Assembly (NCBI RefSeq): GCF_009914755.1
Contig: NC_060935.1
Length of the DNA stretch: 64,000 nucleotides
Strand: one strand, 5' to 3'
Origin: the human T2T-CHM13v2.0 reference genome, Homo sapiens
Of this stretch, positions 28,435-39,672 are shown piece by piece. The translations under genes were made by a program, and so were the position numbers. Positions within the stretch are counted from its first letter, which is position 1, and the number at the start of each line of letters is the position of its first letter. The notes beneath the pieces are model-generated. The model ran no database searches. It was not told where the DNA came from and was given only the letters and a program-made list of their open reading frames with translations.

Positions 28435-28589
28435 GGATTAAATATGGATATATTGAATGAACACACATAAATACCATTCTACAACTTGTCACCCTTTTTT
28501 TCTCTCACTTTATAATATATTTTGGAGATTATTATATATCAGGACATATAGAACCTTGCCATTTATTTAACAGCTGTTGATTGGTCTGC

Positions 28590-28790
28590 ATAACATGGTG
28601 GTTAAGAACATAGGCTCTGGAGGCAGACTGCCTGATTTCAAATGCTGTTTTGTATGACCTTGGGCAACTCAACTTCTCCATACCTTGATTGACACATCTA
28701 GTAATGGTAAGATGAAAGCGCCCACCTCATAGGATTGTTATGAGGATTAAATGAGTCAATACATGTAAAACATCTAGAACAGTATGTGGC
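28590..28790 (+). mobile_element. MIR SINE
   Basis: GTGGTTAAGAACATAGGCTCTGGAGGCAGACTGCCTG...CACCTCATAGGATTGTTATGAGGATTAAATGAGTCAATACATGTAAAAC. Confidence 0.85.
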
Positions 28791-29102
28791 ACACATGGAG
28801 TGAATAGGCTTCGGCATGTGGCATACATGGGGTGAATAGGCTCCTGCATGTGGCCCGTGTGGTGTGAATAGGCTCCTGCATGTGGCACACATGGTGTAAA
28901 TAGGCTTCTACATGTGGCACATGTGGTGTAAATAGGCTCCTGTCTGTGGTACATGTGGTGTGAATAGGCTCCTGCATGTGGCATATGTGGTGTGAATAGC
29001 CTCATGTATGTGGTACACATGGTGTGAATAGGTTCTTCCATGTGGCCCATGTGGTGTGAATAGACTCCTGCATGTGGCATATGGGGTGTCAATAGACTCC
29101 TG
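28783..29102 (+). repeat. 32 bp minisatellite, 10 copies
   Basis: Consensus CATGTGGCACAYRTGGTGTGAATAGGCTCCTG; 10 units in exact register over 320 bp. Confidence 0.95.
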
Positions 29103-29735
29103 CCATTATGAGTGTACCACAAATTAACCAGCCCACTGTTGATGGTCATGTCAGTCATTCCCGGTGTTTGCTTTTATAAATGTGACAATGAAATATCCTT
29201 GTAGGTATGTCATTTCACTCACGTGTGAGCATGTCTGTATAATAAATATTTAGCAATGAAATTATTGGGTCAAGAAGTCATATCTCTAATTTTGGTAGGT
29301 GTTATTAAATTTCTTTTTATAGACTATTTTTCAAGTTACAAGTTCACCTACTATGTATCATCAAACTTTTTTATATTTGCCAACCAGATAGGTAAATAAC
29401 ATATCTGATTGTAATTTTATTTTCTGTTTCTTTTAATTTGATTGCGTCTGAGCATCCTTTTTTATATTAAGAGTTATTGCACTCCTTTTTTTGTCAGTTC
29501 TCTGCTCAGGTCCTTTGCTTATTTCTTTTTATGTTGTTTCTCTTTTTCTATTTAACTTTATTTGTGTAGTGGGTAAGGATGTGGGTTCTGGAAGAGACTG
29601 TCTGGCTAGAATAATGTTTCTGCCTCTTGTTAACTGTATGACCCTGGGCAGGTTAATAAATCCCTCTGTGCCTCAGTTTCCTCTGGATAGCCTAGTATTT
29701 ATGTTATGTGGTTATTGTAATGCTTAAATGAATTA

Positions 29736-30220
29736 TGAGAAACTGCACTATACAAACAGACAATGGCCAGATCATTAATACAAATAGAACTCTGACCCAC
29801 AATCTGCAATAATGAGGCCAGGCAGCCAAGACACATTCTTTGTACAATTGGTCCTGATTGGAAGTCGAAGCAAAAATTAGGGAAGTGATCAAGTACTGAT
29901 TACATCTTGGCCCCAAATCAGTACTTGACTGCTTCCCTAATTTTTGCTTTGACCTCCAGCCAGGACCAACCAGAAAAAGGCAACTATGCTCCCCTAGCCA
30001 GTAACATAGGTGCCCTGTTTCAGTTAGCCTGCCACCAGCTTGCTCACACCAACAATCTCCAAGTAGGACACACCTGAAGCCTTCTCTTGTTTTCTCTACA
30101 AAGGTTACCCTCCACCTATATCTGCCTCTGCTAAACACCAGTGGTGGTGGTTGACTCCCTCACTATAGCTAGCTCTGAATAAATTGCTTATTGTTTCAGT
30201 GGTCTTCATTTATTTCTGCA
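29736..30220 (+). mobile_element. ERV1-type solo LTR (MER34/MER39-like) inserted in a MIR
   Basis: TG...CA ends, AGAACTCTGACCCACAATCTGC, AATAAA at ~30178, 4 bp flanks ATTA/ATCA; MIR sequence on both sides (29565-29735 and from 30221). Confidence 0.65.
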
Positions 30221-30639
30221 ATCAGTCTATGTAAAATGCTGAGAAGAGAGTTTGGCATATAGTCAATATAGTAAACATCCAATACCCCAGGTGATGGTGG
30301 TTTTCTGTGGTGTGTGGTGTATGAATACTTTTTCTCATTTTGTCTTCCTTCTTCAAATGTAAGCTCCTTGAGGGAAAAGGCTGCTGCTAATACATTTTGA
30401 AATCTTCTACAGAGCCTAAAATAATGCCTTAGAGCTGAATGAATCATGCCTGAATGTCAAGCAAGCCTAGGAGTTCAGAGGCTGGTAATCATATTGCAGT
30501 TTCAAACATTAAGTTCATACATTAACCACGGGGAAAGTTAGATAGAGGAGGGGCCATTGCTCCATTTACACTGGTGTATGGACAAAAAAATAGATGGGAA
30601 AGGGCTGAAAGATAGTAAGGTATTGTAAATCCAGAGGTG

Positions 30640-31050
30640 TGAGCTGTGTGATTGCTCGCAAATAATACGTATCTTTAGTTTCCTCCCATGTAAATTGGTG
30701 TAATGCTAACTGTACAGAGGTATTGTGAGATGTGTGTGAATGACATTATAAGCAAGTCCCCAATAGGGTTATTTTTTGGTGAGTATTTGTTAAGTCATCT
30801 GCATTTATATAATATCTTACTCTTTGCCAAACACTTATCTCTCTATGAACTCATGTATTAACCACAGTATACTGTAAAGGTAGATAGAACCAGAATTGTT
30901 ATTCCCATTTAACATGTTAGAAAACTAAGGTCCTCAACCATTAAGGACGTTGCCCAAGGGTGCAAGGCTAGTGTGTAAAGATGGTGCCAAGTGTTAATCT
31001 CAGGCTTTTGATTCCAAATTCTATGTTTAGTCCACTAAACTCTACTGCTT
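30640..31050. mobile_element. Two MIR fragments in opposite orientation (+ then -)
   Basis: TTTAGTTTCCTCCCATGTAAA...TATTGTGAG, then TTGTTATTCCCATTT...AAACTAAGG...TTGCCCAAGGGTGCAAGGCTAGT. Confidence 0.55.
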
Positions 31051-32639
31051 CATAGATCCTCTTTGCATATTTGTACCTCTTTTAGATAATTTTTTTAAAA
31101 TGAAAGTTTACTGGGCTTCTAAGACCCTTCTGGGGAAAATCTAAAGGCCAAAGTGCCAGGAGCTATGCGTCTCTGCATCTCTGACATCATTTCCATGAGG
31201 GGCAAAATCCACCAAGTGGAGCGAGGGCTGCAGAGCCTGTCCGTGCCCACCACACTCCATTCCCTGCCCATTTGATTCACCCCTGCTCACTGGTGCCATT
31301 TCCCCCAAGGCCCTTGGCCACTGCAAGAAACAGCAGCTGTGGCCATCTAGTTCATGCCACTGATTAAATGGAATTTATGCTTCAAATTTGGAAATAGATG
31401 CCTTCTTTCCAAGGCAAAACAGCTATCCAAAATCAGGCAACCGAGCTCATTGAGCTTCCAAAGACTCTTCTTTGACCATACACTCCTCATTCCATTCCAA
31501 TCAGCCTTTATTGAACATGTACTATGTGTTAAGGACACAGAGACTATATATCTCTGCCAAATCACCCCTGTAAATATTTCCTGAGCACCTACGAAGTGTA
31601 AGCCCATGTGTTGTGTTCATGTATGGAGAGTATGAGGAGAAATAGCTGAGGACATACAGAAGACAAAGAAAATGGCACCCTGGATTAAAAAGTGAACCCA
31701 GTGAAAAGTGAGACACTGGGATACAGGAGAGCAACAAAGGTTAGGGGAAGTCAAGAAATGACTGAGATCCTAACTCTCCATCTATGCATTAAGATCTTTA
31801 ATGGAAATGAAGCCCATACCATTTTAACAACCCCCCAGATTATACTGCTTCTGCTTTCCTTTGAATGGTCTTTAAAGACCATTCTATCTTTGGAAGCTGA
31901 GTTGAAGAGAGCTCAGAGATTCCAGAATCCTGTAATCCCACACCCTAACCATCACATCCCTAACTTACGCTAGACTCCAGACTAATTTTTTAAAAATAAT
32001 TTCAACTCCCCTTCCCTAGTTATTCTGCTTGCAGCTTGTTGGAACCACCCATTTTGGCCCCTAATCATATGTAACCATGGGTCTCCTCATTAGACCACTG
32101 GCTGCTGTGAACATAGACCCATTTCTTTCAGGCATCCACACTCTGCAACAAGGCTTACTGTGTTAACTTGACTTATGGGATAAGAGAGGAACTTGGGGCT
32201 CCCCTCCTCTCCTGCCATCCTCAAGGGATGCAGTGCTGCTTCATGCTGTCTGCTTTTGTGAATATCTGCAGGGCTTTAAATAGAATCCTGTGGGAATAAC
32301 TCCTTTTAAAGGGAAGTTGAAAGCACTTAACTCAGCCAGAACTCGGTATGCATCAAAGGTATGTATCTGCACAGCAGGCACTGTTCTCTTAGTCTTGCTC
32401 TGGTCAGAATTGACCACAAATGTCCTTTCATTAAGTGGTTGTTAAAAGCCTTATTTTTGAAACACAGGAGGAAAAAAGAATATAAAGAAGAAAGGAAAAA
32501 AAGGAGTCTGAAAGTTTTCTTCAGAGGCTTCATCATTCTAAAACTTATAGGAGTGCTTTCCTAAAATTATGGGAATATGAGGACAAGAAAGAAGGTAAGC
32601 AAGGTAATTATTATAGTTCTTAGTATTATCTCTGAAGAA

Positions 32640-32868
32640 ATATAACTTGGTTAGAATCCTTATTATTCCTGTTCCTAGCTATGTAACTTTGGGTAAGTAA
32701 CTGGACATCTTTAAGCCTCAATTTTGTAATCTATTAAACAAAGGTAATAACTGTAGCTTCTTGCAAAGGTTTGCCGAGTGGATTCAATGTAATGAGCAGT
32801 ATAAGGAACCCAAGAGTAGGTTTGTAGGTTTGTGGGCACACAGTAAACCTTTCCTAAATGGTAGTTGC
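32640..32868 (+). mobile_element. MIR SINE
   Basis: CTAGCTATGTAACTTTGGGTAAGTAACT...TTTAAGCCTCAATTTTGTAATCT...GGCACACAGTAAAC. Confidence 0.65.
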
Positions 32869-32925
32869 TCATCATCATCATCGTCGTGATCATCATCATC
32901 ATCGTCATCGTCACTGCTGTCATCA
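32869..32925 (+). repeat. (CAT/CGT)n microsatellite
   Basis: TCATCATCATCATCGTCGTGATCATCATCATCATCGTCATCGTC. Confidence 0.85.
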
Positions 32926-33365
32926 TTCCATTCATTTTGTGAACACCTGATTAGCCTTCTTTGTTAGTCACTGTGGTTGGCTCCACCAGGGTATAAAAAT
33001 GAATCCAATTGTGGTTCCCACCATTGGGGAAGTTCAGATCTAAAAGGGAGGATAAAACACATACAGAAATAACATTAATACAGGATAGGAAATGAGAGTG
33101 CAGTATGGAGTAGGTATGAAGTGCAAAGAGAGAGCAGAGCAAGATAAGATTATTTTCAGCTGGCAGCAGGGTAAGAGGTGTGTATTCAGGGAAAGTTTGA
33201 TGGAAGAGAGGAGTGTTTTGTCTGGGTCTTGTTGGATAGATAGGATTTGACATAGCAAAGGAAAAAAGTCATTCCATGGGGAAGACACGGCACCATCCAA
33301 GCCATGAAAATTGAGAGCAAATTGAAGGAAAATCGAGTAATTCAGTTTGGATTGAGCATAGGTTG
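32926..33365 (-). mobile_element. L2 fragment
   Basis: CATTCATTTTGTGAACACCTG...GGGAAGTTCAGATCTA...CAGGGAAAGTTTGATGGAAGAG. Confidence 0.6.
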
Positions 33366-33839
33366 TTTAAAGAGAAAAGAAAAGTGGGACAGAATAGACA
33401 GACAGATTGAGAACAAATCACAGAAGCACTGTAGTCATTTTTAATAAACATATTCCCATCAGAGAGTCTCAGAATTCTTTGTAGGCACTCAGAAGAATTG
33501 GAGCCAGAAACCCTTGGCGACTGTCCACTCTGCTCTCTGGATTCTGGGAAGAGCTATCTCTGCAGCCCTTAGATGTGAAATCATGACTGACCCCATGCTA
33601 AAGCTCTGCAGGGGCAGCAGAGCAAGAACTCTTTTGGGCACCTGTTCAGGTGTCTCAGGGGCTGCTGAAGAGATGTTGTCTGGTCTCCTTTGCTGAAATA
33701 TAGAGTCATATTCCAAGTACACATCCAATCACTCTGCTTCTCCTTTCTATTCCTCTTTTGTTTGTTTATATAAAACTATATAAGACTTTATGCCTGTGAA
33801 GAAAATCAGGGTGCTTGCCATTGACTTTTAGGATGGAAT

Positions 33840-34580
33840 GTGGTAATGGGAACAAAAATAAAGTGTATTGAACTCCTGTTATGTGACAAACGTTACCTTA
33901 GTGGTTTTCTTGTATTAAAGTTCACTTGGTTTTCATGGTTACCCCAATATACAGTGTGTACCAATTTTTTGCAGATGATGAAACAGATGTTCAGAAAAGT
34001 AAAACTCCTGAATTTCCCAAAGTCTAGTAGCCAAAAAGTGACAGAGGATAGTTTCATATGTAAACCTGCCTGGTTACAAAGCATAAGCCTAGTCCACTTG
34101 GAAGTCTATCACTGGGTCCTTTGAGGAGTTATGGGTTTTTTTCAAACTAAAATGAATTGCCTAATTGTCAAAGGATAGCCATGGTAAGAGGTGGGCAATA
34201 TTTCTTTGTCCTTTTCCAGCTTATAGCTCCTTAACAACTTTACCCGGGGGCAGCAATTATGGTTGCTTTGTTTGCCATTATATATTTAGTATCTAGCATG
34301 TTCTCAATAAATATTAATAGAACCAATGAATCCTGGTCTCAATCCAGCTTTTGTAACTCCAGGAGGTAGTGTGATACACTAGTCAGTCCATTGACTTTAG
34401 ACTTACCAGAGTCCAAAGACTTGACTTTACTACTGTTTACCATGTGCACTTGAGACATTTTAAATCTACCAGAGCTTTGATACCCTGTTCTGTAAACTAA
34501 AACACCTAAATCTGTTGTAGCTACTACGCAGAATTGTAGTGTGAGGGTTAAATGAGATAATTTCATTGAATAAATATTTT
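33840..34580. mobile_element. MIR fragments (- at ~33840-34100, + at ~34360-34580)
   Basis: TTTTGCAGATGATGAAACAG; CTGTAAACTAAAACACCT...TTGTAGTGTGAGGGTTAAATGAGATAAT. Confidence 0.6.
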
Positions 34581-35369
34581 CTAAGCTCTTGCTTTGCACA
34601 GGATAAGGCATGGACAATGACTACAAATAATGAGACTGTGAAGAAAACTATTTTTATACAAATAAAAGTCAAAGGGCTGTTATTATATACAAGGCATCAT
34701 CAGCTTAATATCAAGAAAACTTCACCCCCAAGACCTGCAGAGTTCCCTACTGATTTTTTTCCCTCCCTGCTGAAAAATTGAGCACATTCTTTTTCTCATG
34801 ACATTTCATCTAAATCAAGTTGTCAGGAAGGTGTAATTTCTTCTAGGTGTGCGTATGAAAATAGATAGGCTGCTTTTTCCTTGGGGTCATTAGCACTTAC
34901 CTATTTTCTGGATCCCTGGTTTGCTGAAAGCAACAATGGATGACATTCACAATCAGAATGACTGGCTGAATGTGTTTCCTGGTACTATCACAGTTTTGTC
35001 CCTTGGCTTCCCCCAGAATGCCTAGTAAGTTTATCAGAGACCCATAACACAATTTTTCTCCTGAATATGCCCACATTCTTATTTCTAAGATTGAGACATC
35101 TCTGAAAATCAGCAGTAAACCCCAACCCAGAGATTAGGTAAAATTTAGATCAAAATTTCAGAATTAGAAGATGATTTAGTAATCATTTAGTTTTACAGAT
35201 TAGGGACCTCAGATCCATCCATTCATCCATCCATCCATTTATTTACTCATTAATTCAACCTATATTAATTAGCCCCTGCTAAATGCCATGTACTGGGAAT
35301 AAAATATTAAATGAGTTGGGGGTTCTTAATTACCACACCTTGATGATATTTTATAATCCTTATAACAAC

Positions 35370-35600
35370 AACAAGAGGAACTACTTTTTGTGTGTGCCAC
35401 ATGATCCAGAGGGCTGCTTTCTCATGCATTATTTTATTTAATTCTCATAAATATATATGAAGTAGGTTTTATTATTTCTATTTACAGATGGTAAATCAGA
35501 AGCTTAGGGAGATTAAGCAACACACCAAAGATCATGTAATTAGTAACCGAGTTAGCATGGCAACCCAGCTCTAACTCCAAACCCACACTTTTGACATTAC
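35370..35600 (-). mobile_element. MIR SINE
   Basis: ATGAAGTAGGTTTTATTATTTCTATTTACAGATGG...GATTAAGCAACACACCAAAGATCA. Confidence 0.7.
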
Positions 35601-36082
35601 ACAGGGAAGTTCCAATAGTCCAGAGAAGTGGAGTGATTGCTCATGAGATCATGGGAAAGCTATTGCAAGAGCCAGGATCTTATGAATGAAGTTACTGTGT
35701 GTGTAAATGTGAATATGTGTATTTATGAGTGTTTTTTTCTAAACACTGCTATTTTCAATCAGTTAAGAATTTTGCACTCTTTTTTTTTCTTTAAATAATC
35801 TCTTAAACTATTCAAAATGCTCCTTTAGTGTGGGGAAAGAAAGTTTGAAATACATGCAGCTCATGATGCAGAACTTCTAAATATTTCTATAGGGAAGTTG
35901 TATAGGGCTAGAAAACTACCTGAAGCCTTATGGAGGACAAATGTGATGACATCTTTGAAAAACAATTACCTTCAAAATTGCAGTTTCATCAATACCTGGG
36001 CATTGATAAGGCAAATCATTAACCTATCAATTTACAATCTCTCCGGAAAGCATAAGATACTGTATAAAAAGGTCATCTAGAT

Positions 36083-36210
36083 CAGTGATTCTCAACTTGA
36101 ATATGCTTATGAATCATCAGGATCTTGTAAATGAAGATTTTTATTCAGTAAGTCTGAGATCAGCCTTGAGAGTCTGCATTTCTAAGATGTTTCCAGATGA
36201 TGCTTACTCT
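36083..36210. mobile_element. MER5A fragment
   Basis: CAGTGATTCTCAACTTGAATATGC...GAATCA...ATTCAGTAAGTCTGAG...TCTGCATTTCTAA. Confidence 0.75.
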
Positions 36211-36840
36211 GTCCATGAACTTGGAAAAGTGAGTCATCTAAGCCAACATGGTTTCCTATTATGGCTCTCAGATGAAGTAGACAGAGATCTTAGTCTCAAT
36301 ACGGTTTTTTTATTGTGTTGAATACAATATTATCAACTATAAGTTTAAAACTTATTATCTTGATTGTTGACTGAATCATCCTTTACAAGACCATTCCAGA
36401 AAGGTAGTGATTGTCAAGCAGACCAGAGGCACGTTTCAAGTGGCATTTCAGAGAGAGGTCCTATTTGATAGTCTAATCATTGCAGGTCTCAAGTACAGAG
36501 TGAGAAAATGTAAAAATAATTCTACCATGCACCTGATTGCAAAGAAAAAAAAAGAAGATTAAAAATAAGCTCGACAAATTAAAATTGTAGGAAAACTGAA
36601 AAGAGGTACAAAGTAGTACATTCAAGGCCAGAAACCAAAATATAAATGAAAGGTGTGATAATCCTGGGACATATCAAAGGAAAGACCTGAAGTACACACC
36701 CACTTACAAGCTACGGATGAATCAGCAATAAGATGCTACCAGTGGGATAGAAATAGAAGTGCCACAGTACTGTAAAATTTTAAAGTATTCTTTCCATGAG
36801 AGCTTGCCCTGTGTTATCAGGACTTTACATATGACATTAT

Positions 36841-37131
36841 TTTATTTTATTAATTTTTTGAGACAGAGTTTCACTCTGTTGCCTAGGCTTTAGTGCAGTG
36901 GCATGATCTCAGCTCACTGCAACCTCCTTCTCCCGGGCTCAAGCGAGTCTTGTGCCTCAGCCTTCCAAGTAGCTGCGATTACAGATGTGCATCACCACGC
37001 CAGATAATTTTTATATTTTTTTTAGTAGACATGGGGTTTCACTATGTTTGCCAGGCTGGTCCCGAACTCCTGGCCTCATGTGATCCACCCACCTCGGCCT
37101 CCCAAAGTGCTGGGAGCCAGCGCACTCGGCC
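36841..37131 (-). mobile_element. Alu (J/S), near full length
   Basis: Antisense dimer with ~12 bp missing near its 5' end (GCTGGGA|GCCAGCGC); TSD TATGACATT. Confidence 0.9.
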
Positions 37132-38459
37132 AAGTATGACATTCTAAAGAAGATGTAGAGATTTTAAAAGTAGCAACATCACATATCTTTAGGTCAGAGA
37201 AATTTCCTCCATCCCTGAAAAATTCTTCACTGTACACTCTTTGCTCAGATGGATTATTCTTTTTCTCCTGTCATTTACATTATATAAAAAGGAGCTGTAC
37301 TTAGATCCCTACTCTACAGGAGGGGCTGTGAAACTTACTGGTGTACCCGCAGCATACACACCTATGAAATCCAAGTCATATAAACTAGTAAGTTTCCTAC
37401 TTTGCCAACACAGTTTCAAATGTAATGTGTCGAGTCTACTAAAAAATAACTGGTATTTATAGAGTTATCTCATTACAACAGAGACTTACAAGGTTGGCTC
37501 AATGTCTCCAACAGAATGAGTCTGGGAGCAAATCCTTTTCTGCCCATAGACTAACAGTTGACATTCATTTAGGACTTTTTGGCTGAAATGCATCAGTGAA
37601 TAGAGGTACATTGGACATCTGAGAATTCACATGAAAAGCAAAAATTCAGGAACGAGTTTAGGGCCTCTTCAAGTGCTTCTTGTTTTAAGTTAATTTTATT
37701 CTTGTTCTGGCTTGTTACTGGGATGCTGTCTCAGAGCAGTGAATAACCTTGTAGGTGAAAGTTTAATGGTTGAGTTGATTTGACTTGATTTTAGGCAGCA
37801 GGCATTGACTTCTTTCTATTTCTTCCCATACGGCCGGACGTTCTTTTGGGTTCTGTGCTGGTCTAAAATTTCCCTCCATGGATAAAATTAGCTGTGTAGT
37901 AGGGGTACCAGTCATGCAAGTAGTATATTCATTCAATGAAGAAAATTCATTCATTCAGTCAGTCATTTGAAAAAAATATCTGCTGGGTTTTTGCTCTTCA
38001 GTTGGAAGAACATATGTTTCTACCCATGTATCTTTAACATCTTGCTTTCTCCCTTCCCACTCAGCCAAGAAGCAAGCAGCATTCCTCGTTCCCAAGGGGA
38101 AACACAAACACCCCGAAGCAGATCTGTCTAAGGTGGCCATGCAATGGTTTCATGAGGCCCAGAAGTAGGTCCAGGTAACTGGCTGGATCAGACTTTCAAA
38201 TATTTTCAGTTTCTAGAAGAGAGTGGGTGTGTGGAGACAGTGGGTGGATAGATACATGGGCGTTTTTATTGACCTCTAATAAGTCAGTTACTGTGCTAGA
38301 AACTTGTACTTTTCTTTCTTCCCTTAGTATTCTCAAGATCTATGAGAACTTCCTTGTTGTTATTCTCATTTTATTGATAAGAATGATGAGACCCAGAGAA
38401 GCTACAAATTGTCTAAGCTTACCTAATGGCAAAACTTAGATACACAGATGGTCTCATTT

Positions 38460-38532
38460 ACTCCTTCTTTCCTTCCTTCCTTCCTTCCTTCCTTCCTTCC
38501 TTCCTTCCTTCTTTCCTTCTTTCCTTCCTTCC
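38460..38532 (+). repeat. (CCTT)n microsatellite
   Basis: CCTTCCTTCCTTCCTT... run. Confidence 0.95.
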
Positions 38533-38689
38533 CTTTTCCCTATTTTCCTTGGATTGAGTTCTATTGTATGACAGACTCTCTTAAATGGTGTGAACAGAAA
38601 GGTGATTATGGCAGGTATCCTGCCCTTCAGGAACGTAGTGATAGAGAAGCATTACTGCACGATTTCCAGTGCCACCCTAGAAATATGCA

Positions 38690-38995
38690 GGCACCGCAGC
38701 GCCTCCTCCCAGTCTCCCAGGCTGTGTGCTCTGGGCTGGCTTCTGTTTCTCTGGCTGCTCTGGCTCTGCTCCCCAGAAGGCTTCCCTTTGCCCCTTCAGG
38801 CCCAGGGTGACAATGGATTCTCAATGCTAGTTCCTGGATTCCTCACCAACCTTTATTGTTTTTTTTTTTTTTATTGTTGTTGTTTTTGTTTCTTAACTTC
38901 ACTCACACCTCTGTGAATAGCCCTTTCACTAAATTTCTTTCAGGTGAATCCTTTTACATGTGCCATCTGTTTCTTGGGGGGACCCTGACTGACCT
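38690..38995 (+). mobile_element. LTR33-like ERVL LTR
   Basis: CACACCTCTGTGAATAGCCCTTTCACTAAA...TGTGCCATCTGTTTCTTGGGGGGACCCTGACTGA end. Confidence 0.65.
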
Positions 38996-39547
38996 ACCCA
39001 TTGATCTTCAATGGTAACTAAAGTGTTTGTATTATAATATGTACAAACATATTAAACATGCCATCCTTGTAGTTTTAGTAAAACTAGAGAAGCAAAAGGA
39101 ATGTATTACTGAAAACACATGAAACTAAAAGCCAAATGAAATAAACATTTAAAACATACTTAAATATGGTGTACTAGGTTGTTTGCCTAAACTACATTGC
39201 GGTTATGTGTGGGTTACTGATAACCATGGAGTGAGTTCCCTTGTGTTTGGCATAAATCTATCGCCATGTCCAGTGTGGTGACTCAATTCTCCCACCAGAT
39301 CTCTGTGATCAAGTTACTGGGAAATCTTTATTCCTATAGTGAACATTGAGGTCATTTGACCTTCACTTTGAAAGAAAGCATTATTTATGTATTTAGCCAG
39401 CCTCTGCTCTTTCTCATTAGCTTTTCATTTAAAGAAGTACAACTTGTCACTATCACTATTGTAAACACAAACACAATCCCAAGCACTTTAATTGCCTGAC
39501 AGTACTCTGTAATATGAAGGTGACCATCCTGATGACCCAGAATATGC

Positions 39548-39672
39548 TTTTATTAATTTTATATTAAATAAAATTAATAAAATTTATTTAAAAATTTATT
39601 AAAAATTATAAAATTTATTTAAAAATGTATTAAAAATTATAAAATTTATTAAATTTATATTAAATAAAAACA
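39548..39672. repeat. AT-rich low-complexity/tandem repeat (~31 bp unit)
   Basis: ATAAAATTTATTTAAAAAT(T/G)TATTAAAAATT repeated; almost no G/C. Confidence 0.85.

Larger units (their letters stand above)
28330..29560 (-). mobile_element. Old L1ME-like 3' fragment, interrupted by a MIR and a minisatellite
   Basis: CACTTTATAATATATTTTGGAGATT and, after 29115, CTGTTGATGGTCAT...AATGAAATTATTGGGTCAAG. Confidence 0.55.

Noticed and set aside
28783-29102. 32 bp periodic array as a CRISPR array
   Set aside because: The units are contiguous with no unique spacers, there are no cas genes, and the context is primate DNA. It is a minisatellite.
28698-29158. Overlapping His/Thr/Pro-rich ORFs up to 143 aa on the - strand
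   Set aside because: They result from a stop-poor 32 bp repeat read in three frames; no splice or codon evidence.
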